A DNA stretch of 64,000 bases. Source: Acidobacteriota bacterium. GTDB taxonomy: Bacteria; Acidobacteriota; Aminicenantia; Aminicenantales; Aminicenantaceae. The notes beneath the pieces are model-generated. The model did not search any database. It was not told where the DNA came from and saw nothing but the letters and a program-made list of their open reading frames with translations. This document shows, in pieces, positions 56,395 to 64,000 of the stretch (positions are counted from its first letter, which is position 1; every line of letters starts with the position of its first letter). A program made the position numbers and the translations under genes. The stretch spans positions 1,062 through 65,061 of the forward strand of contig JAHIPL010000005.1 in assembly GCA_018894615.1 (NCBI GenBank), written 5' to 3'.

Positions 56395-57402
56395 ATGGAA
56401 AAGGAAGCTCTGCTCTATGAAACCATCGCCGGGAATGTGTGCCTCTGTCGGCTGTGCGCCCACGGCTGCCGCATCGAGGACGGCTGCTCCGGTGTCTGCC
56501 GGGTGAGGGGAAACCGCGACGGGACGCTCTACTCCCAAGTGTACGGGGAACTCATCGCCACCCACGTTGATCCCATTGAAAAAAAACCGCTTTTTCATTT
56601 TTATCCCGGCAGCCTGTCCCTGTCCATCGCCTCCGCCGGATGCAATTTCCGCTGTTCGTTCTGCCAGAACTGGCAAATCTCCCAAGCTCCGCGCGAAGGC
56701 GGGACGCACACAGGTCCGGATACAAGCCCTGGTGAGGTGGTGGAAAACGCGGTCCGCCGGCGGTGCCGCAGCATCTCCTACACCTACACGGAGCCGACCA
56801 TCTTTTTTGAGTTTGCCCTGGACACGGCCCGGCAGGCGCAGGCGGCAGGCTTGGAAAACGTGTTTGTCACAAACGGCTACATGACCAAGGAAGCTCTGGA
56901 AACCATCCACCCGGCGCTCCATGCCTGCAATGTCGACCTCAAGTCCTTTCGCGATTCCTTCTATCGAACCATGTGCGGAGCCCGGCTTCAGCCCGTTCTG
57001 GATTCCATTCGCACCATGAAGGCCCTCGGCATCTGGCTGGAAATCACCACCCTGGTCATTCCCGGTCAAAACGATTCCGAGGCGGAATGGGCCGACATCG
57101 CCGGATTCATTCACGATCTAGACCCGGATATTCCCTGGCACCTCAGCCGGTTCCACCCCGACTACGAATACGACGCGGCCCCGGCGACGCCCCTGGAAAC
57201 CCTGCAGCGGGCCCATGCCGTCGGGCGCGGGGCCGGACTCCGGTATGTGTACATCGGAAATGCGCCGGGATTGGCGGAGGACACGGTCTGCCCGACCTGC
57301 GGAAAAGTCCTTGTCCGCCGTTCCGGATATTCCGTCGCCCTCGAACATCTGAAGGAGGGCGCCTGCGGGGCCTGCGGCGCCGTTATCGCCGGAAGATTCT
57401 GA
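56395..57402 (+). CDS. AmmeMemoRadiSam-system-type radical SAM enzyme (PflX/AmrS-like)
   Basis: N-terminal Cys-rich segment CRLCAHGCRIEDGCSGVCRVRGN, then radical SAM CNFRCSFCQNW; C-terminal CPTCG...CGACG. Confidence 0.75.
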   Translation: MEKEALLYETIAGNVCLCRLCAHGCRIEDGCSGVCRVRGNRDGTLYSQVYGELIATHVDPIEKKPLFHFYPGSLSLSIASAGCNFRCSFCQNWQISQAPREGGTHTGPDTSPGEVVENAVRRRCRSISYTYTEPTIFFEFALDTARQAQAAGLENVFVTNGYMTKEALETIHPALHACNVDLKSFRDSFYRTMCGARLQPVLDSIRTMKALGIWLEITTLVIPGQNDSEAEWADIAGFIHDLDPDIPWHLSRFHPDYEYDAAPATPLETLQRAHAVGRGAGLRYVYIGNAPGLAEDTVCPTCGKVLVRRSGYSVALEHLKEGACGACGAVIAGRF

Positions 57403-57496
57403 ACGGCGTCCGACCCTTCCCTGTCCGACCATTCCCTTCCCTTTCCCCTCCGATTTCGATATGATGAAGGGCTGTACCCCGGATTTTGAATCGCAC

Positions 57497-57925
57497 ATGG
57501 AGAGAGGATACGAGTTTCTGAAACACACCGCCGACGCCAAGTTCCGCGCCTGGGGACCGACCCTGGAAGAGGCATTCGAAGAGGCGGCATCGGCGATGCT
57601 GTCCCTGATGTGGGATGTCCGGATCCTCTCCCGAACGAGGACGGTGGAAAAGGAGTTCGAGGGAAAGGACCACCACCAGCTGCTCCTTCAATTTTTGGAG
57701 GAGATCCTTTATCTCCTCGATGCGCGGTCCTTTCTGGTGGTTCAGGCTCAGGTGGTGGAAATGGGTGAAACGAAGGGCCGGCCGTGGCTCCGCTCCCGCT
57801 ACTCCGGCATGATGAAAAACGACGAGACGGTCGTTCATGGTGAAGTCAAGGCCGTCACTTACAGCGAGATGGATATTCATCTGGATGATGCTAAAGCGGT
57901 TGTTCAGGTGGTTGTCGACCTCTAG
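57497..57925 (+). CDS. Archease (RtcB cofactor/chaperone). Start at MERGYEF; the ORF track starts at 57461.
   Basis: MERGYEFLKHTADAKFRAWGPTLEEAFEEAA matches the archease N-terminus; about 140 aa. Confidence 0.8.
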   Translation: MERGYEFLKHTADAKFRAWGPTLEEAFEEAASAMLSLMWDVRILSRTRTVEKEFEGKDHHQLLLQFLEEILYLLDARSFLVVQAQVVEMGETKGRPWLRSRYSGMMKNDETVVHGEVKAVTYSEMDIHLDDAKAVVQVVVDL

Positions 57926-57936
57926 CGGACGAAAAA

Positions 57937-59358
57937 ATGGAATTAAAGCGCATCAGCGACACCGCCTGGGAGATTCCGGCCCAGGGAGAAATGAAGGTTC
58001 CGGTCGTTCTTTTTTCCTCCCCCTCTCTGCTCGACACCATCCGGCAGGATAAAACTCTGACCCAGGCCCGGAATGTGGCCTGTCTGCCTGGGATTATTCG
58101 CGCTTCCTATGTGATGCCGGACGGACATCAGGGATATGGATTTCCCATCGGAGGCGTGGCCGCGTTCGACCGGAAAGAAGGCATCCTTTCTCCCGGGGGG
58201 GTAGGCTACGATATCAACTGCGGTGTGCGGCTTCTGCGGACGGATTGGAAAGCAAAAGACATTCTGCCTCACCTGGATTCCCTGCTGACGGGAATTTTTC
58301 AGGAAGTGCCGGCCGGGGTCGGCAAGAGCGGTCTGACCCGAGTCAAAGCCGGAGTGCTCAAGGATGTTTGCGTCCGGGGAGCGGAATGGGCCGTTGAAAA
58401 CGGGTACGGATGGGAAGAGGATCTACTGAAAACGGAAGAGGACGGCCGGATGCCGGGTGCGGACTCCGCTTTTCTCACCCAGAGAAGCATCGAGCGGGGA
58501 ATTCCCCAACTGGGGACCCTCGGAGCCGGGAACCATTTTTTGGAGATTCAAAAGGTCGTTCGGATTTATGACAGCGCCGCTGCTTCCGTTTTCGGAATTC
58601 GGGAGGTGGATCAGGTGGTCGTCATGATCCACTGCGGCAGCCGGGGGCTGGGTCATCAGGTCGCATCCGACTACATCCGGCAGATGGAAAACGCAAAGCA
58701 GAGCATTCCGCTTCCCGACCGGGAGCTCATCTGCGCTCCCATTCACTCGGAACTGGGCCGCCGCTACTTCAAATCCATGGCCGCCGCAGTCAACTTCGCC
58801 TTTGCCAACCGGCAGATGATCACCCACCGGGTGCGTACGGTATTCGAGAAAAATATGGGGACCTCGGACGGAATGAACCTGGTGTACGATGTCTGTCACA
58901 ATGTGGCCAAGTTCGAAACACATGAAATCGACGGGGAATCGAGGTCGCTGTGCGTCCACCGGAAGGGGGCCACCCGAAGCTTCGGCCCGGGACGGGATGA
59001 GGTGCCTGAAGCCTACCGGTCCATTGGACAACCCGTCCTCATTCCCGGGAGCATGGGGACGGCTTCTTATATTCTCGTCGGCACTGAGAAAGCGGAAAGC
59101 CTGAGTTTCGGGTCCACGGCGCACGGGGCCGGGAGATTGATGTCCCGCCATGAGGCCGCACGCCGCTTTCGCGGCGAGGAGGTGAAAAAGGAAATGGAGG
59201 CTCGCGGCATCTCCCTGCGGTTTACCGGATGGAAAGGCGTGGCGGAAGAAGCGGCGGGAGCCTACAAGGATGTGGAGGAGGTGGTGGATGTGTCCCACCG
59301 CGCCGGTCTCGGGCGGCTCGTCGCCCGCGTGGAACCCATCGGGGTCATGAAGGGATAA
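57937..59358 (+). CDS. rtcB: RNA-splicing ligase RtcB
   Basis: GHQGYGFPIGGVAAFD, GVGYDINCGV, GAGNHFLEIQ and HGAGR metal/GTP-binding motifs; 473 aa. Confidence 0.95.
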   Translation: MELKRISDTAWEIPAQGEMKVPVVLFSSPSLLDTIRQDKTLTQARNVACLPGIIRASYVMPDGHQGYGFPIGGVAAFDRKEGILSPGGVGYDINCGVRLLRTDWKAKDILPHLDSLLTGIFQEVPAGVGKSGLTRVKAGVLKDVCVRGAEWAVENGYGWEEDLLKTEEDGRMPGADSAFLTQRSIERGIPQLGTLGAGNHFLEIQKVVRIYDSAAASVFGIREVDQVVVMIHCGSRGLGHQVASDYIRQMENAKQSIPLPDRELICAPIHSELGRRYFKSMAAAVNFAFANRQMITHRVRTVFEKNMGTSDGMNLVYDVCHNVAKFETHEIDGESRSLCVHRKGATRSFGPGRDEVPEAYRSIGQPVLIPGSMGTASYILVGTEKAESLSFGSTAHGAGRLMSRHEAARRFRGEEVKKEMEARGISLRFTGWKGVAEEAAGAYKDVEEVVDVSHRAGLGRLVARVEPIGVMKG

Positions 59359-59427
59359 ACAGTAGGAAATGAGCGGAGGAGAAACAAACCGTGTGGGCCC
59401 GGAAAAACGGACCGCACAGGACCGGAG

Positions 59428-60978
59428 GTGACGTTGAAAGTGATATTGGCCGGATACAACATCGACAGCGAGGTGATCGAGGAGCTGAAAAAGACCCACC
59501 CGGAGCGCTCGGATATCACCCCGGAAACACTGTCGGCGGCCTATGCCCGCATTTCGAGAGACCCCCGGCCCGTTTACGAGCTTCGAGCCGCCGCCCGGGA
59601 GGAGGTCGATAAGGCCCGCCGGTCCAATCAGACCATCATCTTCAAAATGGGCCATCATTCCGTGGCAGAACACGCCGTGTTCAATTTTGATATTCTGGGC
59701 ATCAGCCGGCTCGCGATTGAAGAGGTGGAGCACTTCCGTCTCGCTTCATTCACTGAAAAATCACAGCGGTATATCACGTTGGAGGATGATTTTGTCATTC
59801 CGGCGGAGATCAAGGCGTCCGGCAGGGAAAAAATATTTGTAGAAACCGTTCGGGCCCAGAACGCCCTTTATCACACACTCTATGTCAGCCTGAAACCATT
59901 CATTTTTGAAACCCATGCGGACCTGGCGGCAGACCGGAAAAACCACTCCGTCCTGGACGGGTGGGCCAAAGAGGACGCCCGCTATATCGTTTCCCTCGCT
60001 ACCGGGGGGCAGCTGGGCATGACATGCAATGCGCGGAGCCTGGAATACATGATCCGCCGGTTTTCCGGGAGCTGTACTGCTGAAATCACCGAGCTCAACC
60101 GGAAGCTCCACGATCTGGCTAAGGCCGTCGCTCCCTCCATCCTTCTTTTCACCGAACCCAATCCGTTTGACGTAAAAACCTATTCGGACCTCATGGCCGC
60201 CGCACCCGCTTTTGGTCCGGCGGATGATTCTGAAGCCGAAACCGATGTGCGGCTTGTGGATTTCACTCCCGGCGCCGACGAGAAGGTGCTGAGCGCGCTC
60301 CTTCATTCCGTGTCGGACAGGTCTTTTGACGACTGCCTGGAAGCCGTCCGTGCGCTTTCAGGTGAAAAAAAGAAAAATCTCATAAAAAAGGCCTTTCGCC
60401 GCATGGAATTTTTTGATTCCGTCCCGCGTGAATTTGAACACGCCCGGCTGACCTATGACCTTGTCATTTCGGCCTCCTGCTTCGCTCAGCTCAAGCGCCA
60501 CCGCATGGCGACCATCACCGCCCAGGCCTATGACCCGAGTCTGGGAGTCACCGTGCCTCCCTCCATTCGGGCCGTCGGATTGGAGGGGGTCTTCATGGAG
60601 ATGATTGAACGGACCAACAGGGTGTATTATGACCTGGAGAAGCATGCGGGGCGGGCGGCGGCCTATCTTCTGACCAATTCCCACCGCAAAAGGGTGCTGC
60701 TGGAAGTCAACGCCCGGGAACTCTATCACATCAGCCGGCTTCGGGAAGATCCGACGGCGCAGTGGGACATCCGGAAAATCACCCGTTCCATGACCGGAGC
60801 GGCGAAAAAAGCCATGCCGCTTGTGTGCCTGCTGATCGGGGGAAAGAATGATTTTTCACAGATTTATGAGAACGTGTTCGGAACAAAACCGACCCTTTTC
60901 CCGCCTCCGGACATCCGCCCCCGGACCTTCCCTCTGTCGGAGGGAGAAATCCCGGAGGACATATCCGACACGAAGTAA
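59428..60978 (+). CDS. Tandem (fused double-domain) ThyX-like flavin-dependent thymidylate synthase homolog
   Basis: Domain 1: GHHSVAEHAVF...HFRLASFTEKSQRY...NARSLEYMIRRF. Domain 2: FEHARLTYDL...LKRHRMATITAQAY...VNARELYHISRLREDPTAQWDIR. Both align to the ThyX core (FEH, RHR-x7-S-x-RY, NARSL, AQWEI). Confidence 0.6.
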   Translation: MTLKVILAGYNIDSEVIEELKKTHPERSDITPETLSAAYARISRDPRPVYELRAAAREEVDKARRSNQTIIFKMGHHSVAEHAVFNFDILGISRLAIEEVEHFRLASFTEKSQRYITLEDDFVIPAEIKASGREKIFVETVRAQNALYHTLYVSLKPFIFETHADLAADRKNHSVLDGWAKEDARYIVSLATGGQLGMTCNARSLEYMIRRFSGSCTAEITELNRKLHDLAKAVAPSILLFTEPNPFDVKTYSDLMAAAPAFGPADDSEAETDVRLVDFTPGADEKVLSALLHSVSDRSFDDCLEAVRALSGEKKKNLIKKAFRRMEFFDSVPREFEHARLTYDLVISASCFAQLKRHRMATITAQAYDPSLGVTVPPSIRAVGLEGVFMEMIERTNRVYYDLEKHAGRAAAYLLTNSHRKRVLLEVNARELYHISRLREDPTAQWDIRKITRSMTGAAKKAMPLVCLLIGGKNDFSQIYENVFGTKPTLFPPPDIRPRTFPLSEGEIPEDISDTK

Positions 60979-61094
60979 TCCTGACAATCCCTCCCATCGG
61001 AACATCGGCGCACATCAATTTGCCGGGACGGCTCCCCTTTTGCCCCTAAATCCGAAGTCTGGGAAGATTCCCTCCGTTAAATGGGTCTAACAGA

Positions 61095-61787
61095 TTGAAG
61101 ACCGTTCGCTGGAAGGAGATCGAGATGACGCGGACAAGAAAAACGATGCGACGCATGATGAGCGCTGTTTTGATCCTGACGGCGAGCTGCGCCTCATTCG
61201 GGCTTTCGGCGCGGGGAGGAGAAGAGGGTCTTGATTCACGGGTCAGAGCCTTTCTGGAAACTCACGATTGGGGAAGAGGGGACATGAATGTCCCTGCCGT
61301 CGACGGACAGACCCTCCACGACATCATCGTCCAAAACGGCTACACGCGGGCGCTCGAGATCGGAACCTCGACCGGCCATTCCGGCATCTGGATCGCCTGG
61401 GCGCTGAGTAAAACCGGGGGGAAACTGATCACCATCGACATCGATAAGCGGCGGCATGAGGAGGCCGTGAAAAATTTTAAAAAAGCGGGGCTTTCGAAAT
61501 ACATCGATGCCCGTCTCGGCGACGCCCACACCCTCGTGCCCGAACTGGAAGGGCCTTTCGACTTCGTTTTCAGCGATGCGGACAAGAACTGGTACAAGAA
61601 CTATTTCATCGCCGTTTTTCCCAAGCTCGAAGTCGGGGGATGCTACACCACCCATAATGTTTACGAGCGGTGGGGCCGGGGAAGGGGCGGCGGGTATCTG
61701 GACTATCTGAAAAGCCTGCCCAACATGGAAACCGCGGTGGATGAACGGGGCGGCGGCCTGGCCGTCAGCTACAAAAAAACGAAATAA
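61095..61787 (+). CDS. Class I SAM-dependent O-methyltransferase (family 3, caffeoyl-CoA OMT-like) with N-terminal signal/lipoprotein-like peptide
   Basis: LEIGTSTGHSGIWIAWAL SAM-binding motif I; downstream DFVFSDADKNWY; N-terminal MRRMMSAVLILTASCASFG. Confidence 0.75.
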   Translation: MKTVRWKEIEMTRTRKTMRRMMSAVLILTASCASFGLSARGGEEGLDSRVRAFLETHDWGRGDMNVPAVDGQTLHDIIVQNGYTRALEIGTSTGHSGIWIAWALSKTGGKLITIDIDKRRHEEAVKNFKKAGLSKYIDARLGDAHTLVPELEGPFDFVFSDADKNWYKNYFIAVFPKLEVGGCYTTHNVYERWGRGRGGGYLDYLKSLPNMETAVDERGGGLAVSYKKTK

Positions 61788-61933
61788 CACTCGTTCTCCA
61801 TCCCCGGCGATTTGAATTTCTTTGGATGATCCGCGAGATTCTGCCATCATCGAAATTTCCGTTCTTCGGCGGAGTTGACAATCCGTTTCCTGCGTACTAT
61901 AGACGTACTGTAATTCTTCTGAGGAGGGAGAGC

Positions 61934-63379
61934 ATGCGTCTTATATCCATTCGAATCCTTTCCGCGGCCTTTATGGTTCTTCTGGTTTTAGGCTGCCGCC
62001 CCGGAGAGGACGCAAAAAAAAGTGAACCGGCCGTCTCGGGAGAGCAGCAAGAGACCCGAGCTCAGTTCGACGAACGGATGGAGTGGTGGCGGGAAGCCCG
62101 ATTCGGGCTGTTCCTTCACTGGGGACTTTATGCCATTCCGGCCGGAGAGTGGAAAGGGGAAACCAATCATGCCGAGTGGATCCTGCAGACCGCACAGATC
62201 CCGGTGGATGAATATGTGCGGTTCGCCCCGCAGTTCAACCCTGTGGAGTTCGACGCCGCCGACTGGGTCCGAATGGCCAAAGAGGCAGGAATGAAATACA
62301 TCGTCATCACCTCCAAGCATCACGACGGATTCTGCCTGTTCGATTCCGAAATGACGGACTTCGATGTGATGGATGCCACACCTTTCAAGCGGGACATTCT
62401 GAAGGAACTGGCCGAGGAGTGTCGAAAACAGGGGCTGAAAATGTGCTGGTACCACTCCATTATGGACTGGCATCACCCGGACTACCTGCCCCGCCGCTCC
62501 TGGGAAAACCGGGCGGCGGATGATGCTGATTTTGACCGTTACGTCGATTACATGAAGGCCCAGGTGAAAGAGCTGATCACAAACTACGGGGAAATCGGTG
62601 TGTTGTGGTTCGACGGGGAGTGGGAGAAGACCTGGACACCGGAGCGGGGGCTTGACCTTTACTGCTACGTCCGCTCCCTTCAGCCGAACATCATCATCAA
62701 CAACCGGGTGGGCAAGGGACGGGCCGGTATGGCGGGCACCTATGATCCGGGAAGCGCCTCGGGTGATTTTGGAACACCGGAGCAGGAGATCCCGGCCACC
62801 GGGCTGGACTATGACTGGGAAACCTGCATGACCATGAACGATTACTGGGGCTACAACAGGAATGATCCCAACTGGAAGTCCGAAATCGACCTCATTCAAA
62901 AACTGTCCGACATCGCGAGCAAGGGGGGCAACTTTCTGCTCAACGTCGGACCCACGGCTGAAGGATTGTTCCCTCCGGAAAGCGTGGAGCGCCTGGCCGC
63001 CATCGGCCGCTGGATGAAAACAAACGGGGACAGCATTTACGGAACGACGGCCAGCCTGTTTGAGAAGCTGGATTGGGGGCGGTCCACCACCAAAGGACGT
63101 ACGCTCTACTTCCATGTGTTCGACTGGCCCGCCGACGGCCGCCTGGTCGTTCCCGGCCTGCTGACCAAGGCGGACAGAGCCGTTCTCCTTTCCTCTTCCG
63201 GCGAACCACTGGACATGTTTGTTGAGGACGACCATGCGGTCATCACGGTTCCCGCCGAGGCACCCGACAAGGCCGTGTCCGTCGTCGCCTGCACCTTTGC
63301 TTCCGAACCCGAGGTGATGCGATCGCCGGATATCGCACGGGTGATTCCTCCCTCTATTCCGGTCCGGGTTTTGAGATGA
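61934..63379 (+). CDS. Alpha-L-fucosidase (GH29), lipoprotein. Start at MRLISIRIL after the RBS GGAGGGAG; the ORF track starts at 61826.
   Basis: GH29 motifs FGLFLHWGLY and ITSKHHDGFCLFDS; lipobox LLVLGC. Confidence 0.85.
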   Translation: MRLISIRILSAAFMVLLVLGCRPGEDAKKSEPAVSGEQQETRAQFDERMEWWREARFGLFLHWGLYAIPAGEWKGETNHAEWILQTAQIPVDEYVRFAPQFNPVEFDAADWVRMAKEAGMKYIVITSKHHDGFCLFDSEMTDFDVMDATPFKRDILKELAEECRKQGLKMCWYHSIMDWHHPDYLPRRSWENRAADDADFDRYVDYMKAQVKELITNYGEIGVLWFDGEWEKTWTPERGLDLYCYVRSLQPNIIINNRVGKGRAGMAGTYDPGSASGDFGTPEQEIPATGLDYDWETCMTMNDYWGYNRNDPNWKSEIDLIQKLSDIASKGGNFLLNVGPTAEGLFPPESVERLAAIGRWMKTNGDSIYGTTASLFEKLDWGRSTTKGRTLYFHVFDWPADGRLVVPGLLTKADRAVLLSSSGEPLDMFVEDDHAVITVPAEAPDKAVSVVACTFASEPEVMRSPDIARVIPPSIPVRVLR

Positions 63380-63456
63380 AGCCGGTCCCGGCGGAGGTCC
63401 TCTTTCATAAAGAGAATTGAGGGAGGTCCATCCTTGGATTCGATTCCTGATGGTCA

Positions 63457-64000
63457 TCATTTGTATAGCAGGTTGAACTCGATTCCGATTTCCAGCCCCG
63501 CGTATGCAAAGGAGCGGACGATGGCACCGGGATTTCGAACCACCCGTCCGGAATCCCAATACTCATTATAATCGAACTGCTCCCTGGGCTGGGTTTCAAT
63601 CTCAAACTCCATTCGGCGCCCTCTTTTTCGCATCAGGACCTGGGCGGTGAGTTGAGCGGTCAGAAAAACCCGGTTGTTCAGGCGGTACTTCCCTCCCAGG
63701 CCCGACTTGATCGTGGTCATGGTTTTTTCCGGCCCCAGCCGGAAGCGGTCCAGGACCTTTTCCTGATCGCCGGACAGGGTGTAGAAACCCGCCAGGACGG
63801 TCATATAGGGCACCCAGCGCGTCCGCGCGTCCCACATTTTGAAATTGTAAGTCACGCCGGCGAGGAAGGAGTGGATGGCCCAGAAATGTGTCTGGGGATC
63901 TTCGTAGTGATCGATGGGGAAATATTTCCACTTAAAAGTAGCAGGATCCTGCACCCATAGGCCGTACCAGTCCAGGTGGCTGAGGTAGCGGGCCTGCTGG
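63457..64000 (-). CDS. Hypothetical protein, 5'-truncated at the window end (the frame stays open beyond 64000; the listed M at 63954 is an internal GTG)
   Basis: In-frame upstream translation QQARYLSHLDWYGLWVQDPATFKWKYF continues to the window edge; no recognisable motif. Confidence 0.35.
   Translation of the reverse strand, partial: QQARYLSHLDWYGLWVQDPATFKWKYFPIDHYEDPQTHFWAIHSFLAGVTYNFKMWDARTRWVPYMTVLAGFYTLSGDQEKVLDRFRLGPEKTMTTIKSGLGGKYRLNNRVFLTAQLTAQVLMRKRGRRMEFEIETQPREQFDYNEYWDSGRVVRNPGAIVRSFAYAGLEIGIEFNLLYK

Overview
This 64 kb window appears to be chromosomal DNA from a high-GC anaerobe; the gene content (glycyl-radical enzyme, rubredoxin, NifS/NifU, sigma-54 activators, FtsH, RtcB/archease) suggests a deltaproteobacterium. 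No transposase, integrase, CRISPR array or rRNA is visible. Most of the window is densely packed housekeeping genes, including a long co-directional ftsH-folP-cdaA-ybbR-pdxJ run and the Fe-S assembly genes nifU-nifS-iscU, with a single tRNA-Ala. Several accessory modules are embedded in it. (1) A glycyl-radical enzyme (GRE) locus of unknown specificity: a GntR-family regulator, an activase and a 787-aa single-Cys GRE, divergent from an operon encoding a LarA-family (lactate racemase-like) protein, a secreted protein, an organic-anion-type permease and a 49-aa membrane peptide. The shared intergenic region carries tandem repeats and a palindromic operator. This is the best candidate for an undescribed catabolic system in the window. 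(2) A poly-gamma-glutamate synthetase cluster (pgsB-pgsC plus a non-PgsA third gene), preceded by a Tat-exported class V PLP enzyme and followed by a convergent secreted M14-like zinc peptidase. (3) An oxidative-stress module: rubrerythrin-like protein, rubredoxin, NADH:rubredoxin oxidoreductase and an outer-membrane-like protein. A paralogous ferritin-like gene elsewhere is interrupted by an in-frame TAA. (4) Two histidine kinase/sigma-54 activator pairs, one followed by an orphan CheY-like receiver whose start overlaps a -24/-12 motif. (5) An AmmeMemoRadiSam-type radical SAM gene next to archease-rtcB, followed by a fused tandem ThyX-like protein. (6) Many secreted peptidases (M19, M14 x2, M28, M20). 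Coordinates taken from the ORF track are exact. Features I located by eye (tRNA, rubredoxin, small ORFs, motifs) may be off by 1-2 nt.
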